From: an uncultured Streptococcus sp.
Lineage (GTDB): Bacteria; Bacillota; Bacilli; Lactobacillales; Streptococcaceae
Direction of reading: 5' to 3'
NCBI GenBank assembly: GCA_945864085.1
Contig: CAMBAD010000002.1
Location: 14,144 to 78,143 of the forward strand
DNA length: 64,000 nt
The position numbers and the translations under genes were made by a program. The notes beneath the pieces were generated by a model, which saw nothing but the letters and a program-made list of their open reading frames with translations, had not been told where the DNA came from and ran no database searches. Of the stretch, positions 10,043-20,247 are shown one piece after another (position 1 is the stretch's first letter; every line of letters starts with the position of its first letter).

Positions 10043-11113
10043 ATGAAAAAGGAAACCTTTCAAGACAAACTCATCAAACGCTTTTATGGCATTACAGGTC
10101 CCTTGGATGAATTTCGCAAAAAAGAAGCCTTCCGAATGGGAAATACCTGCTTTATCCCGCTCTTTTGGGGCGCCAACCTGCTCACTTTATTGGCAATCGC
10201 CTTATCCAATCGCTTTCCAGAATTTGTTGCCTTTGGCTATCCAGTCGCCCTATTCCTAGGTTACCTAGCGACCAGTACCTACATGATCTTCAAACTCCGC
10301 CACAGTCAACTGGACAGTTTGGATTTTGAAGAATTGACTGCCCTGGAGCAGAAAAAACTCAAGGGAGCCAGTATTAAATTTGCCCTCTATTTCACTGCCT
10401 TCATGTACATTTGGGCTCTTGTCTTCGGTTCCTGGATGGACGGATTCAATCCTCTCAATCATTTATTTGACCTACGAAAATTTCTAACAGCCTGTCTAGG
10501 CGGTATTTTCATGGGCATTTATATCGAAATCACTCTTCGCATGCGCATGAAAAAGGCAGAGAAACTAGCTGTCAGCTCTGCTATTGCCCAAGAAGAACCC
10601 AAGTGGCTCCAAACTATGATTAGACGCTTTTACGGTATTCGCGGTCCCTTGGACGAATACCGGCGGACCAAGGCAGACCAGATTGGAGGCCTGGCCTTTG
10701 TCTACCACTTCTACTTCCTTGCCCTAGGAAATACCCTTGCCTACTTCCTAGCTATTCGCTATCCTGCGGAGATCGCTCGCTACTATCCGATGGTGGTTGG
10801 TCTCTTTAACCTTATCCTGCTCGGTGTGATCAATATGCAGACCCTCAATGCCGACCTACCCCAATATGACCTAGAGGAACTAAGTCCTGAGGAAAGACAG
10901 GGACGGCCTCTGAACCCACTTCTCTGGGGACTGGGAGTTGCCCTGCTTTCCACGCTTTTTGCTGGTCTGGCAGACCTCTTTAGCCTCCAGCTTCCCCTGC
11001 TGGACTCCTTCTTCCACGTCAAATCCCTCCTCTTCGGCGGTATGATGGGCCTATTTGCTAGCATAGTCCTGTCTGCATTTGCGTACCTTCAAAAACTGGA
11101 GACAGAAAAATAA
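10043..11113 (+). CDS. Membrane protein with two tandem DUF3278-like domains
   Basis: Internal repeat IKRFYGITGPLDEFRK / IRRFYGIRGPLDEYRR; multiple TM segments. Confidence 0.75.
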   Translation: MKKETFQDKLIKRFYGITGPLDEFRKKEAFRMGNTCFIPLFWGANLLTLLAIALSNRFPEFVAFGYPVALFLGYLATSTYMIFKLRHSQLDSLDFEELTALEQKKLKGASIKFALYFTAFMYIWALVFGSWMDGFNPLNHLFDLRKFLTACLGGIFMGIYIEITLRMRMKKAEKLAVSSAIAQEEPKWLQTMIRRFYGIRGPLDEYRRTKADQIGGLAFVYHFYFLALGNTLAYFLAIRYPAEIARYYPMVVGLFNLILLGVINMQTLNADLPQYDLEELSPEERQGRPLNPLLWGLGVALLSTLFAGLADLFSLQLPLLDSFFHVKSLLFGGMMGLFASIVLSAFAYLQKLETEK

Positions 11114-11465
11114 AGGAGTTTATACCGAGAACAAACCCTTTTCAGCCAAACAGACCTGTCGATTTTTCGTTCTATTTTATAGTCTATTTTCTGCCTTCTT
11201 CATCTATTCTTATGTCGTCAATGAGCCGATTAGTGTTTCGCTCTTCCTCACCTTGCCTACCATTCAGATTATCAAATCCTATAAAACAGCAAAAGAAAAA
11301 CGCTACTTTATCATTCGATCCGTCCTTACCCTTTTTGCTATGACTTTGACGTACTTTATAGGCATTTGGCTTGGACATATCAACCCACTCTCCTTCCTCA
11401 TTCCTGCTGGATTTGCCATAGCCCTCCTCTATCGTCTATTTTTTCCAAAAGAACAGGCTGACTAG
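11114..11465 (+). CDS. Four-TM membrane protein, start codon uncertain or lost
   Basis: Hydrophobic frame ending at TAG 11465. RBS AAGGAG is followed by TTTAT-ACCGAG with no ATG. Confidence 0.5.
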
Positions 11466-11621
11466 CACGAACTTTCCTCAAAAGTCCTGAAACAGTTCTC
11501 AAAATCTCTTGCAGACAGGCTGGTTCAGCGGAACATTTCTCCTGAACGAATCATTTTCTGAAAAAAGGAGCCGAAGCCAAGATTTTACAAAGCTGAATTT
11601 TTTCTATAAAATAGAGAGTAT

Positions 11622-12050
11622 ATGACAATCAAATCCATTCTGAAACAATTAAAACCATTTGATTATATCCTCATCAGCCTGGCCTTACTGCTATCCTTTG
11701 TACCGTCTTTAGTGACCTATGTCAAATTGACAGAAACAAGCGAGCAGGTCAAACTGATTGCCTATGTCCGTGTCAATGGCGAAGTAGTCGACCAGTTCGA
11801 GCTGTCCCAAGACACCCCCCACCAAGAAGTGACCTACTATCCCAACGAAGGGCAATACAACATCATCGAAGTGGACGGTGAGCGCATTCGGGTCAAGGAG
11901 GACAACAGCCCTGACCAGATTGCGGTGATGACTGGCTGGATCAGTCAGCCTGGAGAGCTATCTGTCTGCCTCCCCCACAATCTCCTCATTGAAATAAAAT
12001 CAGTTGGGGGAGAAGGCAACGAAGAGGAAGAGCTCATCCTGCCACTTTAG
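11622..12050 (+). CDS. eetA: NusG domain II-type membrane-anchored protein (EetA-like)
   Basis: N-terminal TM; motif EDNSPDQIAVMTGWISQPGELSVCLPHNL; adjacent to the EET cluster. Confidence 0.75.
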   Translation: MTIKSILKQLKPFDYILISLALLLSFVPSLVTYVKLTETSEQVKLIAYVRVNGEVVDQFELSQDTPHQEVTYYPNEGQYNIIEVDGERIRVKEDNSPDQIAVMTGWISQPGELSVCLPHNLLIEIKSVGGEGNEEEELILPL

Positions 12051-12083
12051 AAAGCAAGGCCAAACACATAAAATGCGCATCAG

Positions 12084-12133
12084 AAAAAGACTTAAAACCA
12101 AGATTCTTTGAAGCATGGTTTTAAGCCTTTTTT
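12084..12133. terminator. Bidirectional terminator between convergent eetA and dmkA
   Basis: AAAAAGACTTAAAACCA...TGGTTTTAAGCCTTTTTT. Confidence 0.65.
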
Positions 12134-12169
12134 AGTTTATAGGCGGCAGAAAGCCTAGGATTTAGAAAA

Positions 12170-12275
12170 TATAGTCTTTTAGTTTACTTTTAGTACTAGG
12201 CAACGAGCTACAGGCAGTACTGGAGTACGGCAAAGCGAGTTAACGAAGTAATAAAAGAAAAACTAAACGACTATA
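12170..12275. mobile_element. 106-bp RUP-like MITE (divergent copy)
   Basis: TATAGTC...GACTATA termini; same length and GTACT(G/A)GAGTACGGCAA core as the copies at 18648 and 53657. Confidence 0.8.
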
Positions 12276-13222
12276 ATGGCTAGAATAAGTACGATGACAT
12301 AGACCCCTGAAAAGAGGACAAAACTCTTCACAGCCTCAATAAAGGTTTCGCGCTTAACTTGCTTTTTCAAGTAGGTCCGCAGACTCCTATAGGCTGGCAC
12401 CATACCTACCAAGCCCAGCAAGGCCCAGATTGGCAGAAATCCAGTAATGCAGTAGAAAAACCAGAGCAGCCACGGCAGGCTGGCCAGGCCAAAATACAGT
12501 TTCAAGGCAGCTTGCTTACCGATATAGTAGACCAAGGTATAGCGATGATTGCGAATATCTTCTTCCAGATCACAGGTATTATTGGCCAACATAATATTAG
12601 CAATAAGAGCCACCAAGGGCAGGGACATAACGATTACTTCTAACAGCTTGGTCCAGGAAACTTGCACAGTCAGCCACTGGTCTGTCACCTGACTAACCAG
12701 CAGAACATCTGGCTGCTGGATAAATACTGCTAAAAAGAAAATACCAAAGCCCATAGTCAGGCCCGAAAAAGCTTCCCCCAAAGGCATCCTTGACAAGGGA
12801 ATCGGACCAAACGTATAAAAAATACCAATCAGAAAACAGAGGATTCCCATGGGCAAGAGAAGCCAGTTTGTCCGCCAGACCAGTAGCAAGGAAATCAGGA
12901 TAGAAAAGACCAAGAGCCCCAAGACAATCCCAATCATCTGCTGGAAATCCAGCGAAAATTTCCCAATGACATTGCTCTCTTGCCGATAAGCCTCGTCCTT
13001 GGCCTTGTGATAATCCATGCTATTGTTGATAGCAGTCGTACACATGTCAAAGCTGAGAACAGCTAGGACAAACAAAAAGGTATTGAGCCAGTTAAAAACC
13101 TGATAGCGGTATACCGCCCACAAAATACCCAAGGTCATGGGAAAAACACTAGCTACCTTCGTTTTGATTTCGACAAATTCCAAAAATACAGGCAGAGTAA
13201 GCCCTGTAGTTGATTTATTCAT
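12263..13222 (-). CDS. dmkA: 1,4-dihydroxy-2-naphthoate polyprenyltransferase (MenA/DmkA, UbiA family)
   Basis: NNSMDY and NNTCDLEED Asp-rich motifs, multiple TMs, EET cluster context. Confidence 0.85.
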   Translation of the reverse strand: MNKSTTGLTLPVFLEFVEIKTKVASVFPMTLGILWAVYRYQVFNWLNTFLFVLAVLSFDMCTTAINNSMDYHKAKDEAYRQESNVIGKFSLDFQQMIGIVLGLLVFSILISLLLVWRTNWLLLPMGILCFLIGIFYTFGPIPLSRMPLGEAFSGLTMGFGIFFLAVFIQQPDVLLVSQVTDQWLTVQVSWTKLLEVIVMSLPLVALIANIMLANNTCDLEEDIRNHRYTLVYYIGKQAALKLYFGLASLPWLLWFFYCITGFLPIWALLGLVGMVPAYRSLRTYLKKQVKRETFIEAVKSFVLFSGVYVIVLILAIIVV

Positions 13223-14264
13223 TGACAAGATGGTACTCCTCATTGCTTAATTCAAAACGATCTTTCAGCCCCTCACTCAGATGTACTCCTTGTTCCTTAT
13301 CAATAAAAACAGCCTCCACCCCATCAATCTGATTGATAAAATCAAGACCTTTTTCTACCCCTAGTAGGAAGAGGGTCGTGGATAGGGCATCGCCTTGAAC
13401 GGAGGTTACTGAAAATACCGTCACACCTGAGATATCATTCTCCACAGGATAGCCTGTCTGCGGATCAAGGATGTGGTGATACTTAACACCGTCCACCTCC
13501 AGATAGCGTTCATAAATACCAGAGGTCACAATTGAGTCGTGCGAGCCTGGGACAGAACCAACCGTTGCACCACGGACCTGATCAGGATCTTGAACCCCTA
13601 CATTCCAGCCATTTTGCGTGGTTGGGGAATCCCCCATGACAACTACATTGCCGCCAAGATTGATAATGGCAGTCGTAATCCCCTTGCTGGCAAACAACTC
13701 CCGCACCTTATCTGCAATATAGCCCTTGGAAATGGCTCCCAGCTCCAACATCATCCCTTCCTTGATAAAGACGGTCTGCTTCTCCTCATCCAGTTCAATG
13801 TCCTTATAATTGATAAATGGCAGAGCTGCTTTGATTTCTTCATCACTTGGCTTACGGGCGTCCTCAGACCCAATTTTCCACAGATTGCTGACCGCACCAA
13901 TCGAAATATCAAACAGCCCCTGACTGTCCTCACTCATAGCAATGGCTGCCTCAAGCACCTCAAATGTCCGTTCATCAACCTCAACCGCTTCCTTACCAGC
14001 CGCCTGATTGATACGATAAATATCTGAACCTTCCAAGTTGGTTGACAGCAGGCTCTCCATTTCCTTGATATAGGCAACGGCCTCATCCATTGTCTCTTCC
14101 TGATCTTCATGGTAGATACTCAGTTGCACAACCGTATGAAGCAAACTTTCACTACGCGTCAAAGGACTTTTCACCACAGGCAGGCTTTCTGCCTGCTTGC
14201 TTCCACAGGCTACCAGCAACATAGCCAGCACTCCGACAAACACCAAACGTACTATTTTTTTCAA
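13215..14264 (-). CDS. fmnB: FAD:protein FMN transferase lipoprotein (ApbE/FmnB)
   Basis: Lipobox LVAC; LGAISKGY, TSGIYERY, HHILDP and DALST motifs. Start is approximate (TTG 14264). Confidence 0.9.
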   Translation of the reverse strand: MKKIVRLVFVGVLAMLLVACGSKQAESLPVVKSPLTRSESLLHTVVQLSIYHEDQEETMDEAVAYIKEMESLLSTNLEGSDIYRINQAAGKEAVEVDERTFEVLEAAIAMSEDSQGLFDISIGAVSNLWKIGSEDARKPSDEEIKAALPFINYKDIELDEEKQTVFIKEGMMLELGAISKGYIADKVRELFASKGITTAIINLGGNVVVMGDSPTTQNGWNVGVQDPDQVRGATVGSVPGSHDSIVTSGIYERYLEVDGVKYHHILDPQTGYPVENDISGVTVFSVTSVQGDALSTTLFLLGVEKGLDFINQIDGVEAVFIDKEQGVHLSEGLKDRFELSNEEYHLVNE

Positions 14265-14338
14265 TGGCTTCACCCTCTTAAAATAAGAAGACACAGTTGC
14301 CAAACGCGTGCTCCTGTGTCTTTTCTGTGTGGACTTGA

Positions 14339-14824
14339 TTAGTCAAGGCTTACAGTTTCTGTATTTCCTTCAGCAGCTGCAGCAAGAAGGGCTTCTGTAC
14401 TCTTCTTGAAGTCTTCAGATGTGTGTGTCGCTCCTGACACAACCTCAACTGCTGAAATATCTTGTTTTTCTACCAGAGCAGCATTGAGGGTCTCAATCGC
14501 TTCAGCCGCAGAAATACCAGCCTTTTCTTCCATGTTCTTGTTGTACTCTTCGTTCGCTGATTTCAGGCTACCGTCCTCTGCTTCGTAGTCGAAGTTTGAC
14601 TCGGTAATTTTACCATCTTTTACAGTCAATGTGTGAACAATCTTGTAACCGTAGTCATCCACACCTGACTCAGCTGTGTAGGTACCATCTTTCAAAACAG
14701 CTGTATCAGCAGTAGATGATGATGAAGCTGTTGATGAAGAACTTCCGCTTGAACCACAAGCTACCAAAGTGAAGGCTGCACCTAGGACAACCAAACTTTT
14801 CAAAACAACTTTAACAGATTTCAT
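14339..14824 (-). CDS. pplA: FMN-binding lipoprotein (PplA-like, single domain)
   Basis: Lipobox LVAC, Ser-rich linker, flavinylation motif VSGAT. Confidence 0.85.
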   Translation of the reverse strand: MKSVKVVLKSLVVLGAAFTLVACGSSGSSSSTASSSSTADTAVLKDGTYTAESGVDDYGYKIVHTLTVKDGKITESNFDYEAEDGSLKSANEEYNKNMEEKAGISAAEAIETLNAALVEKQDISAVEVVSGATHTSEDFKKSTEALLAAAAEGNTETVSLD

Positions 14825-14904
14825 AACAATACTCCTTTATTGTATAGTAAATAGTTTTTCTATTATAATGATATACCTAATATATCAAAATGTCTAGTAC
14901 TTTT

Positions 14905-15894
14905 TTAAAAATAATGACTAAAAATTGCTCCCACCAAATCCTGAATCGGACCCGGTGTCCCTTGAGGCATTCTATTCAGAAAACTGGTCATCTTTTTCAA
15001 ATAGGCTGCTATCAAGCTTTCTGTTTCTACCAGGGCTTGCGTAGCAAAAATCTTCTTGGCCAAGTCCTCTAGGCCTTCCGCAGTTGGACCTTGGATATAG
15101 ACCTGCAAATCGTGACGAATCGTCTCATCCTCTTTCATGGCAAACAAGAGCGGAGCGGTATAAATGCCATTTTGAATATCCTGCAAGCGAGGCTTGCCAG
15201 ATTCATGCACATCCAGCTGAAAATCAATCAGATCATCCCGTATCTGAAAGGCCATGCCAAGTGCCTGACCGACTCGGAAGGCTAGATGGCTTTCCAGTTG
15301 AGATTGGCCTGGATAAAAGCTGCCCAGTTGGCAGGCAAGTCCGAAGAGGAAGGCTGTTTTCCCTTGGATTTGCTTGAGGTAGGCTTTCATGGTCATCTCT
15401 GTATCAAACTGATGAATTAGCTGGGCCAATTCTCCACGCAGAATGGTCTCCATGAGTTTGTCATTGCCTAACTTCAAATCATCCTGCGACAATTCTTGCA
15501 AGCGCAGCCCTTTTCCCAACAAACGACCCGAGTAGGCAAGAAGGTAATCGCCAGTATAGATAGCGATGCGATTTGAAAACTGCTGGTGGGCAGCCTCCAC
15601 ACCGCGTCTCTTATCTGCCCCATCAATCACATCGTCATGAATGAGGGTTGCTAGGTGCAGGACCTCCAGATGGGCGGCAAAGTAAAGCTTGGAAGGACTG
15701 ACCTGTCCCTCTGTCATTTGCGCAAAGAGCAGGCAGAGGCCAGCACGCAGGTATTTTCCTGGTGCCTCAACATATTCAACAATCTTTGATTTAACTGCTG
15801 GATGCAGGACCATCATTTCAGATAGGATGATGGATTTAACCTCTTCTAGCCCCCTCTTAATGTCAGGGTAGGCATTCCAAATTTGATGTACCAC
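14905..15894 (-). CDS. dmkB: Polyprenyl diphosphate synthase (DmkB/HepT-like)
   Basis: GKYLR, HDDVID...RRG and FQIRDDLID motifs. Confidence 0.88.
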   Translation of the reverse strand: MVHQIWNAYPDIKRGLEEVKSIILSEMMVLHPAVKSKIVEYVEAPGKYLRAGLCLLFAQMTEGQVSPSKLYFAAHLEVLHLATLIHDDVIDGADKRRGVEAAHQQFSNRIAIYTGDYLLAYSGRLLGKGLRLQELSQDDLKLGNDKLMETILRGELAQLIHQFDTEMTMKAYLKQIQGKTAFLFGLACQLGSFYPGQSQLESHLAFRVGQALGMAFQIRDDLIDFQLDVHESGKPRLQDIQNGIYTAPLLFAMKEDETIRHDLQVYIQGPTAEGLEDLAKKIFATQALVETESLIAAYLKKMTSFLNRMPQGTPGPIQDLVGAIFSHYF

Positions 15895-15912
15895 TAACCT
15901 TTTAAATTTCCT

Positions 15913-17805
15913 TTATTTTTTATCCTTGATACGGTAAATGTGCTTGGGTTTCCCATAAATCTTCTTATCAAGGAAACGACCTAACCATGGCATAATCCAG
16001 TAGTCCAAACCAAAGGCTCGACCCGCACCGTTCATCAGAGAAATCGCTGCTGGGATGAACCAGATATTGACCCAATAGAACATGCCTGACAAGCTAAACA
16101 TGACTACCAAGGCAACTGTTGCTGCAGATACAAGCCATACAAAGGCACCAGCAATCAAGGCTAAACCGATACCAATTTCCGCAACGGTCATGAACTTTTG
16201 CATAAAGAGAGCCATTTCTTGGTTTGGCATCATAAATTCCATGATGGTTGCAAACCAATCAGGCATTTGATCAAGCACTGCCATCGGTGTTTCCCCGTAG
16301 GCGTAGCTTAGGCCAAAGATTGGCTCTGCTACTTCTGCTGCTGCAGTTGCAGCTTGTGAGGCACTTGAAACAGCTTCAGCGGCAGAGGCTCCAGACACTG
16401 GATCTGCCAGCCAAGGGAATGGGAAGACAACCTGATCACCGAACCATGATGTTGTTCCAAACAAGCCAAAGGCTTTTTTCACACCTTCATAAAGCCACAC
16501 AGAACCGTAGAGAACACGCATTGGCACAGACCAGAGGAGGTTTCCTTTGCCTGATGTGTGACCGCCAAAGATATTCCGTTTGTTCTGAATATCAAAGAAC
16601 TCATGACGGACATAAGAGCCCATGTAGAAGAAGCTACGAATGGTGAAGAAGTATAGGAGGTTGACCATGTGTTTGACAGCCATGGCCATGAAACCTGACA
16701 GGTGGTATTTATCCATCAGGAAGGCGACACCGTAGCGTGCTCCGATAGATACCATAAAGCCATCGTACTTCCCTTTATAGCGGTGTTTTTCGCCACCCTT
16801 AATCGCTGCAATAATGTTGCAGGCCGCAGTATGTCCTGTTTGCTCTGCTGCTTGGACAATTTGCGGTGTTGGCTTGCCTTCAGATTCTTCAAAGTAAACC
16901 AAGTCACCTGCTACATAGACATTGTCCTTGCCTTTGGCCTCCATGTATTCGTTAGCAATCAGGCGACCTGCACGCGCTTTTTCAATGCCAAAGTCACTGG
17001 CATCTGTATTGGCTTGAACACCAGCAGTCCAGATGGAGGTGTAGGTGGGAATTTGACGGCCAGATGACAAGGTAAGGCTATCTTCCTGGATGCTTTCAAC
17101 ACCATCACCCAGTACCAATTCAACGCCTTTTTTCTCAAGGTATTTACGGGCCTTAACTTGCTCCTTCTCAGTCACCATGGCCAAGATAGTTGGTGTTGCT
17201 TCCACGACCTTGAGGGAGAATTCTTTCGGATTGAGTTTGAACTCACGCGCCAAAATTGGTACCCAATCAATCAATTCACCAATCATCTCAATACCAGTGA
17301 AGCCCGCACCGATAACTGTGAAGGTTAGCAGGGCGCGACGCTTGGCTTCGTCATGCTCGCGCATGGCGCGGTAACAAGCGTCAATGATATGCTCGTGCAA
17401 GCGCTCAGCCGCTTCGATAGACCAGAGAGTGAAGCCATTTTCTTTCACACCCTTGACACCAAAATCATTGGCTTCGCCCCCCATAGCAAGGAGCAGGTAA
17501 TCAAAGTCCAAGGTTTGGTGCTCTGCGACCACTTGCTTCTTGTCGTAGTCAATTTCAACAACCTTGTCTGTTACCAACTGGACTTTCGGGTATTTTTTGA
17601 AAATACGTTGCAGATCATACTTGATCGCACTTGCCTCCACACGTCCAGCTGCCACTTCGTGCAGCTCTGTCATATACGTATGGAAAGAGTTCTTATCGAT
17701 CAAGGTAACTGTCACATCCTGATCCTTTTTGAAGGTCTTTCCTAATAGTCGAGCTGCCGCAATCCCTGCGTAACCAGCACCGACAATCACAATATTTTTC
17801 GTCAC
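15913..17805 (-). CDS. ndh2: Type II NADH dehydrogenase with C-terminal membrane domain (Ndh2)
   Basis: GAGYAG and GAGFTG Rossmann motifs; DoxX-like C-terminal membrane domain containing VSGAS. Confidence 0.9.
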   Translation of the reverse strand: MTKNIVIVGAGYAGIAAARLLGKTFKKDQDVTVTLIDKNSFHTYMTELHEVAAGRVEASAIKYDLQRIFKKYPKVQLVTDKVVEIDYDKKQVVAEHQTLDFDYLLLAMGGEANDFGVKGVKENGFTLWSIEAAERLHEHIIDACYRAMREHDEAKRRALLTFTVIGAGFTGIEMIGELIDWVPILAREFKLNPKEFSLKVVEATPTILAMVTEKEQVKARKYLEKKGVELVLGDGVESIQEDSLTLSSGRQIPTYTSIWTAGVQANTDASDFGIEKARAGRLIANEYMEAKGKDNVYVAGDLVYFEESEGKPTPQIVQAAEQTGHTAACNIIAAIKGGEKHRYKGKYDGFMVSIGARYGVAFLMDKYHLSGFMAMAVKHMVNLLYFFTIRSFFYMGSYVRHEFFDIQNKRNIFGGHTSGKGNLLWSVPMRVLYGSVWLYEGVKKAFGLFGTTSWFGDQVVFPFPWLADPVSGASAAEAVSSASQAATAAAEVAEPIFGLSYAYGETPMAVLDQMPDWFATIMEFMMPNQEMALFMQKFMTVAEIGIGLALIAGAFVWLVSAATVALVVMFSLSGMFYWVNIWFIPAAISLMNGAGRAFGLDYWIMPWLGRFLDKKIYGKPKHIYRIKDKK

Positions 17806-17817
17806 AATCTTACCTCC

Positions 17818-17877
17818 TTGTGAAATTTAAAACAATTTACATAAAGCTATTATATCCTAAGTTGTTTCATTTTTCAA
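17818..17877 (-). promoter_or_regulatory. ndh2 promoter with a possible Rex operator
   Basis: TTGAAA (17877-17872), 17 nt, TATAAT (17854-17849). TTGTGAAATTTAAAACAA at 17818-17835 partly matches the Rex box TTGTGAA-N4-TTCACAA. Confidence 0.55.
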
Positions 17878-17972
17878 GCTATTTTCAATAATTAGTAGTA
17901 TCACTTCAGGCACTTGCAAGTGAGGCAAAAAAAAAGTATGATAATAACTAAGATTCCTAGAAAGTTGTGTGT

Positions 17973-18512
17973 ATGAACCAGAAGCGTCAAACCTTAAATT
18001 TTATTACCATGCTGGCCGCTCAGGCGGTGGTCATTTCCCTAATTGAGCGACTTATTCCGACACCTTTTGCCTTTGCTCCAGGTGCCAAATTGGGGCTGGG
18101 CAACTTGGTCAGTCTTATCGCTATTTTTACACTGACAGCCAAAGATAGTGTAAAGGTGGTCAGCCTTCGTCTCCTAATTTCTACATTTTTGGGCGGAACT
18201 TTCTCCACCTTTCTCTATAGTTTTGCTGGTGTGACCCTGAGCTATGTAACCATGTTGGCAGCCAAGCAGCTGGGACCAAAGCGGGTCAGTCCTATCGGCA
18301 TTTCTATCTTAGGAGGCATGATGCACAATGTCGGGCAGTTACTGGTCTTTGCCAGTATTGCTCGGTCATTTTATGTCCTCAACTATCTTCCCATCCTTTC
18401 CTTTAGCGGAATTCTCTCTGGTCTTCTGGTCGGCTTAGCCGCTAACTTTCTCCTCCAAAAAGTCGGCACCCTCCGCCACTATCATCAAAAAATATTGGCG
18501 GACTGGAAATAA
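17973..18512 (+). CDS. eetB: Gx transporter-family membrane protein (EetB-like)
   Basis: PGAKLGLGN and HNVGQL motifs; divergent from ndh2. Confidence 0.8.
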   Translation: MNQKRQTLNFITMLAAQAVVISLIERLIPTPFAFAPGAKLGLGNLVSLIAIFTLTAKDSVKVVSLRLLISTFLGGTFSTFLYSFAGVTLSYVTMLAAKQLGPKRVSPIGISILGGMMHNVGQLLVFASIARSFYVLNYLPILSFSGILSGLLVGLAANFLLQKVGTLRHYHQKILADWK

Positions 18513-18561
18513 GATAGGAACGGGTTGATTTTTAGCACAGATATACAAATTGCTCCCACCG

Positions 18562-18602
18562 AAAAAGGCTTAAAACCAGAAATCTTGGTCTTAAGCCTTT
18601 TA
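18562..18602. terminator. Bidirectional terminator between eetB and tgt
   Basis: AAAAAGGCTTAAAACCA...TGGTCTTAAGCCTTTTT. Confidence 0.65.
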
Positions 18603-18647
18603 CTGTTTGGAACACCACATCCCACTGCCCTGAGTTGATGGAGGACA

Positions 18648-18753
18648 TATAGTCGAATGAATTAGCTTTCAGACAAGGAACTGAGGCGCAGGCTGTACTA
18701 GAGTACGGCAAGTCGAAAGTGACGATGCATCAAAGATAATTCAAATGACTATA
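18648..18753. mobile_element. 106-bp RUP-like MITE
   Basis: TATAGTC...GACTATA termini; the reverse complement of 53657-53762 differs at 3 positions. Confidence 0.85.
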
Positions 18754-18799
18754 ATTCCCCGAAACTGGCCTGCAGCCTAGGATATCTGACAAAAATAAG

Positions 18800-18952
18800 G
18801 TTAAAAGGTTGGGGCTAGAAGAGCGGAGCAACTATCAGAAATTCATGTCTTAGAACCTGACTTCTACGACTGTAACGTTTTTATTCGCTCTATTTCCAGC
18901 CTCCAAAGGTTCCCAATCTTTTGGAGGTTGGCTGATTGATTTTGATTGAGTA
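18800..18952. repeat. BOX-like modular streptococcal repeat
   Basis: CTATTTCCAGCCTCCAAAGG...TTTGGAGG hairpin and TTGATTTTGATTGAGTA end resemble boxB/boxC. Boundaries are approximate. Confidence 0.45.
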
Positions 18953-18964
18953 GCTCACCTAGAA

Positions 18965-20119
<1,155 letters not shown>

Positions 20120-20247
20120 CTAGGAAAAACAGTCCTAGGAATCCTATTTTTTGACCATAGCTTGGCCTCTAACCTACCTAGTCTATCAAAAAAAGGCTTT
20201 CTTGTCACCTAGAATCATGTTACAATAGGTCCAAGGAGAACCTATCT

